Shown here: piece by piece, positions 61,392 through 64,000 of the stretch
Numbering within the stretch: the first letter of the stretch is position 1
Layout of the letters: each line of letters opens with the position of its first letter
Assembly (NCBI GenBank): GCA_046498265.1
Contig: JAWOBB010000044.1
Location: 32,664 to 96,663 of the forward strand
Reading direction: 5' to 3'
From: Dehalococcoidia bacterium
GTDB taxonomy: Bacteria; Chloroflexota; Dehalococcoidia; SZUA-161; SpSt-899
Length of the DNA stretch: 64,000 nucleotides
The notes under the pieces: model-generated
What the model was told of the DNA's origin: nothing
What the model saw: only the letters and a program-made list of their open reading frames with translations
Database searches by the model: none
Translations under genes and position numbers: made by a program

Positions 61392-63128
61392 ATGGCTGAT
61401 TTAACCTTTGATGCCGTAATTTGTGGCGGGGGGAATAAGGCCCTCATGCTCGCCATGTATCTGACCAGATATGCGGGAATGAGTGTGGGGATCTTTGAGA
61501 GAAGGCATGAAATCGGCGGCGGGCTGGCCACCGAGGAAATGTCCGCCCCGGGCTTCCGCGGCAACACCCACGCCAATATCATGCTGCCATGGTATTTTGC
61601 TCCCTTATGGAGAGATTTCCCCGAATTCTGGGATTACGGCGGGCAGTTCGACCAGTACCTGGTCAGCGATGGCGGAGCCTTCATGGACAACGAAACCTGC
61701 CTGGCCATCTACAGTTCAAAACACGACCCCACCCAGCAGAAAACAATCAAGGAAATAGCCCGGTTCTCGGAGAAAGATGCCGAAATGTGGGGCAGGGCCA
61801 CGGAAATCGTCAACTCGGACGATTATCTCTCAGTAATGCTGGACGGCCTGCTCCATCCCCATGAATGGCAAATGAAGCCGGAATTCCTGGACAGGCAGGT
61901 GAATTTCTTCACTAAATACCTGGCAGGCACCCCGCTGGAACCCACAGCAGAAGTCCTTGAAGCCGCTCCCATAGACGCAGTTAAACACTTCTTCGAAAGC
62001 AGTGAGGTACAATACTGCATACTTCGATTCATCATCTCCAGTGCCAGGAACGTTCTTGACCCCAATCAGGGCCAGGAAGTGCTCGGCATGCTGGGAACGC
62101 TGCCGACCATCGGCTTTGCCCGGGGAGGTACCCACCAGATCGCCCATGCCTGCCACCAGGTGCTGGTGCAGGATGGCTGCAAGTTCTTTACCCACGCCGA
62201 AGTGGAAAAAATCCTCCACGAAAATGGGAAAGCCACCGGCATCCGGCTTACCGACGGCTCCGAGATTGCGGCCAGGAAGGTCGTCATCAGCGCCGGCTTA
62301 AGCACCAGCCAGCTCGCCGATATGGTGGGAGACGATATCTTCGGCCAGGAACATGCCCATCGTATGAGGAATCTCTCCACGAACAATATCGGTAATCTCA
62401 TGTGGTACAGCTTCGCGCTGAACGAAGCCCCCAAATACAGGGCCGAGGCCTTCAATCCCGATATCCACGAGTGTATGTGGCTGGGGCTTTCCACCACTTC
62501 CAGCCCGGAACACATGGCCAATGAGTGCCGGTACGCCAATAAGGGCAAGCTTCCGCCGCTCGAGGACTTCAGCCCCGTAGTCGGGTGCCACAGCCTGGTC
62601 GACCATTCCTTTGCCCCTCCGGGCAAACATGTGGCCCAGAACGAGATGCAGGGCCCGCGGGCCACTGACCTCTCGGAGAAAGACTGGCTGGAACTCAAGA
62701 AAAAGTACACCGAGGATATGCTGAACGTCTGGCAGAAGTATGCCCCCAACATGAACTGGGACAATCTCATCGGATGCGATACCAACAGTCCCTGGGATTG
62801 TGTGCGCATGAAAAATCTGGCCCCTCACGGCAATTTCTCCGGTATCGATCAGACGATGTCCCAGCGGGGAGCCAATCGTCCCACGCCGGAACTGGCCAAC
62901 CATCGAACGCCGATCAGCAATCTCTACGCCACCGGCGGATTCTGGCATGTAGGCTCGAATGCCAGCGTGGATGCAAGTTATAATTGTTACAAGATTATGG
63001 CCGATGATATGGGCCTGCCTCGAGTCTGGGAGGAACAGGGTAAAGAAGAGCCCGATTCTCTGGTATACTGGACAAGGTGGGCTATCGATAAAGCCAGGGA
63101 AGCTTACCCCAGGGATCCCAAATATTAA
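61392..63128 (+). CDS. FAD-dependent oxidoreductase, CrtI/COG1233 family, paralog 3 (divergent; GGGNKA dinucleotide motif)
   Basis: AVICGGGNKALMLAMYL...FERRHEIGGG; 578 aa. Confidence 0.75.
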   Translation: MADLTFDAVICGGGNKALMLAMYLTRYAGMSVGIFERRHEIGGGLATEEMSAPGFRGNTHANIMLPWYFAPLWRDFPEFWDYGGQFDQYLVSDGGAFMDNETCLAIYSSKHDPTQQKTIKEIARFSEKDAEMWGRATEIVNSDDYLSVMLDGLLHPHEWQMKPEFLDRQVNFFTKYLAGTPLEPTAEVLEAAPIDAVKHFFESSEVQYCILRFIISSARNVLDPNQGQEVLGMLGTLPTIGFARGGTHQIAHACHQVLVQDGCKFFTHAEVEKILHENGKATGIRLTDGSEIAARKVVISAGLSTSQLADMVGDDIFGQEHAHRMRNLSTNNIGNLMWYSFALNEAPKYRAEAFNPDIHECMWLGLSTTSSPEHMANECRYANKGKLPPLEDFSPVVGCHSLVDHSFAPPGKHVAQNEMQGPRATDLSEKDWLELKKKYTEDMLNVWQKYAPNMNWDNLIGCDTNSPWDCVRMKNLAPHGNFSGIDQTMSQRGANRPTPELANHRTPISNLYATGGFWHVGSNASVDASYNCYKIMADDMGLPRVWEEQGKEEPDSLVYWTRWAIDKAREAYPRDPKY

Positions 63129-63149
63129 ATAGATGCGACCAAAGGAGGT

Positions 63150-64000
63150 TCAATGGCAACATACGAATACGACATAGTTATCATCGGGAGCGGGCCGAAC
63201 GGGCTGGAAATAGCCGCCTACCTGGCCAGGGCAGGCCAGAAGGTACTGCTGCTCGAGAAGAGATTCGAGGCGGGGGGCGGGCTGGCCACCGAGCAGATTA
63301 CCCTCCCGGAGTATTTCCATAACACTCATGCCATCTTCCATATGATGGTCGATTATGCCCCGCTATACCAGGATTTCGATATTGATGGAACCTATGGGGT
63401 CCATCACATCTACCCGGATTTGCAATGGTGCTTACCCACACCGGAGAATAAAGCCGTTTGCATTTACTCCGACCCGGAGAAGAGCGCCCAGTCCATCGCC
63501 CAGTTCTCCCAGAAGGACGCCGATTCCTTCCGGGACTGGTACGCCGAATGCAAGGAGTTAATGCACGAACTGGTGGGACCGCAGACTTTCGTCAAACCGG
63601 AACCGGCTCCCCTGATGGCCGCCCGTGCCGAGATGAGCGAACTCGGTAGAAAGCTGAGCGCCTATTCCGAGAGAACGCCGGAAGAGGTGGTCAAGGAACG
63701 CTTCGAGAACGAGTATGTCCGAACCCTTATCATGTACGGCGTCTGCCACTGGGGGCTGGACTACTCCCAGTCCGGCGTCGGATACCTGATACCCCTCTAC
63801 TTCGACAGGATGAGTAATTACCGGCTCACCGCCGGCGGGTCTCACCGGATGTCCAATGCTCTGCTTAAAAACGTGTTTGAGAACCAGGGACAGATCAGGA
63901 CCTCAGCCCAGATTAAGAGAATCATCATGGAGAACGGCGAGGCCAGGGGTGTGGAACTGGAGGACGGAACTCAGTACATGGCCAGCAAAGCGGTGGTTTC
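63150..64000 (+). CDS. FAD-dependent oxidoreductase, CrtI/COG1233 family, paralog 4 (3' end beyond the window)
   Basis: DIVIIGSGPNGLEIAAYLARAGQKVLLLEKRFEAGGG; closest to paralog 2. Confidence 0.8.

Noticed and set aside
1-64000. A search for CRISPR arrays, rRNA genes and transposase/IS elements.
   Set aside because: No regularly spaced direct repeats, no 16S/23S/5S-like conserved stretches and no transposase-like ORFs were seen. The only repeats are the short coding repeat in rplF and the 13-bp inverted repeat near 55.2/56.0 kb.

Overview
This is a 64-kb window from a bacterial chromosome of moderate GC. Gene order and protein N-termini suggest an uncultivated, possibly Chloroflexota-like lineage, but confidence in that is low. 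Translation and housekeeping genes dominate coordinates 1-46 kb.

From 5' to 3' the window holds:
- a 3' fragment of an enoyl-CoA hydratase, then prs, secA, an FmdB zinc ribbon, and a lipoprotein split by an in-frame TGA;
- pgk translationally coupled to a CooC/MinD-type ATPase, followed by Smr, a MetE/URO-D-fold protein, a DapA-family gene and pyrC;
- a nearly complete str-S10-spc-alpha ribosomal super-operon (rpsL-rpsG-fusA-rpsJ-rplC ... rpoA-rplQ-truA-rplM-rpsI). It lacks tuf, and an antisense MacB/FtsX-type ABC transporter with its own terminator and promoter is inserted between rplC and rplD;
- an HNH endonuclease, tRNA-Ala(GGC), a stress and K+ module (CBS, UspA, two TrkA), pheA, a DUF948/YtxH trio, ctpA, a second EF-G paralog, L25/Ctc, an orphan biotin-carrier protein and an Lrp regulator.

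The last ~17 kb (46.3-64 kb) is an accessory catabolic island. It has a thiolase tightly coupled to an HMG-CoA-synthase-like::DUF35 fusion, a divergent two-gene acyl-CoA dehydrogenase pair behind a near-consensus promoter, a Zn alcohol dehydrogenase and its own PAS histidine kinase with two response regulators. Two tandem pairs of CrtI/COG1233-family FAD oxidoreductases flank a family-I CoA-transferase A/B pair there. That arrangement recalls heterodimeric limonene dehydrogenase CtmAB plus downstream alcohol/CoA/beta-oxidation steps, and it is the best candidate here for a previously undescribed, probably anaerobic hydrocarbon/isoprenoid pathway.

No CRISPR array, rRNA or obvious transposon was seen.
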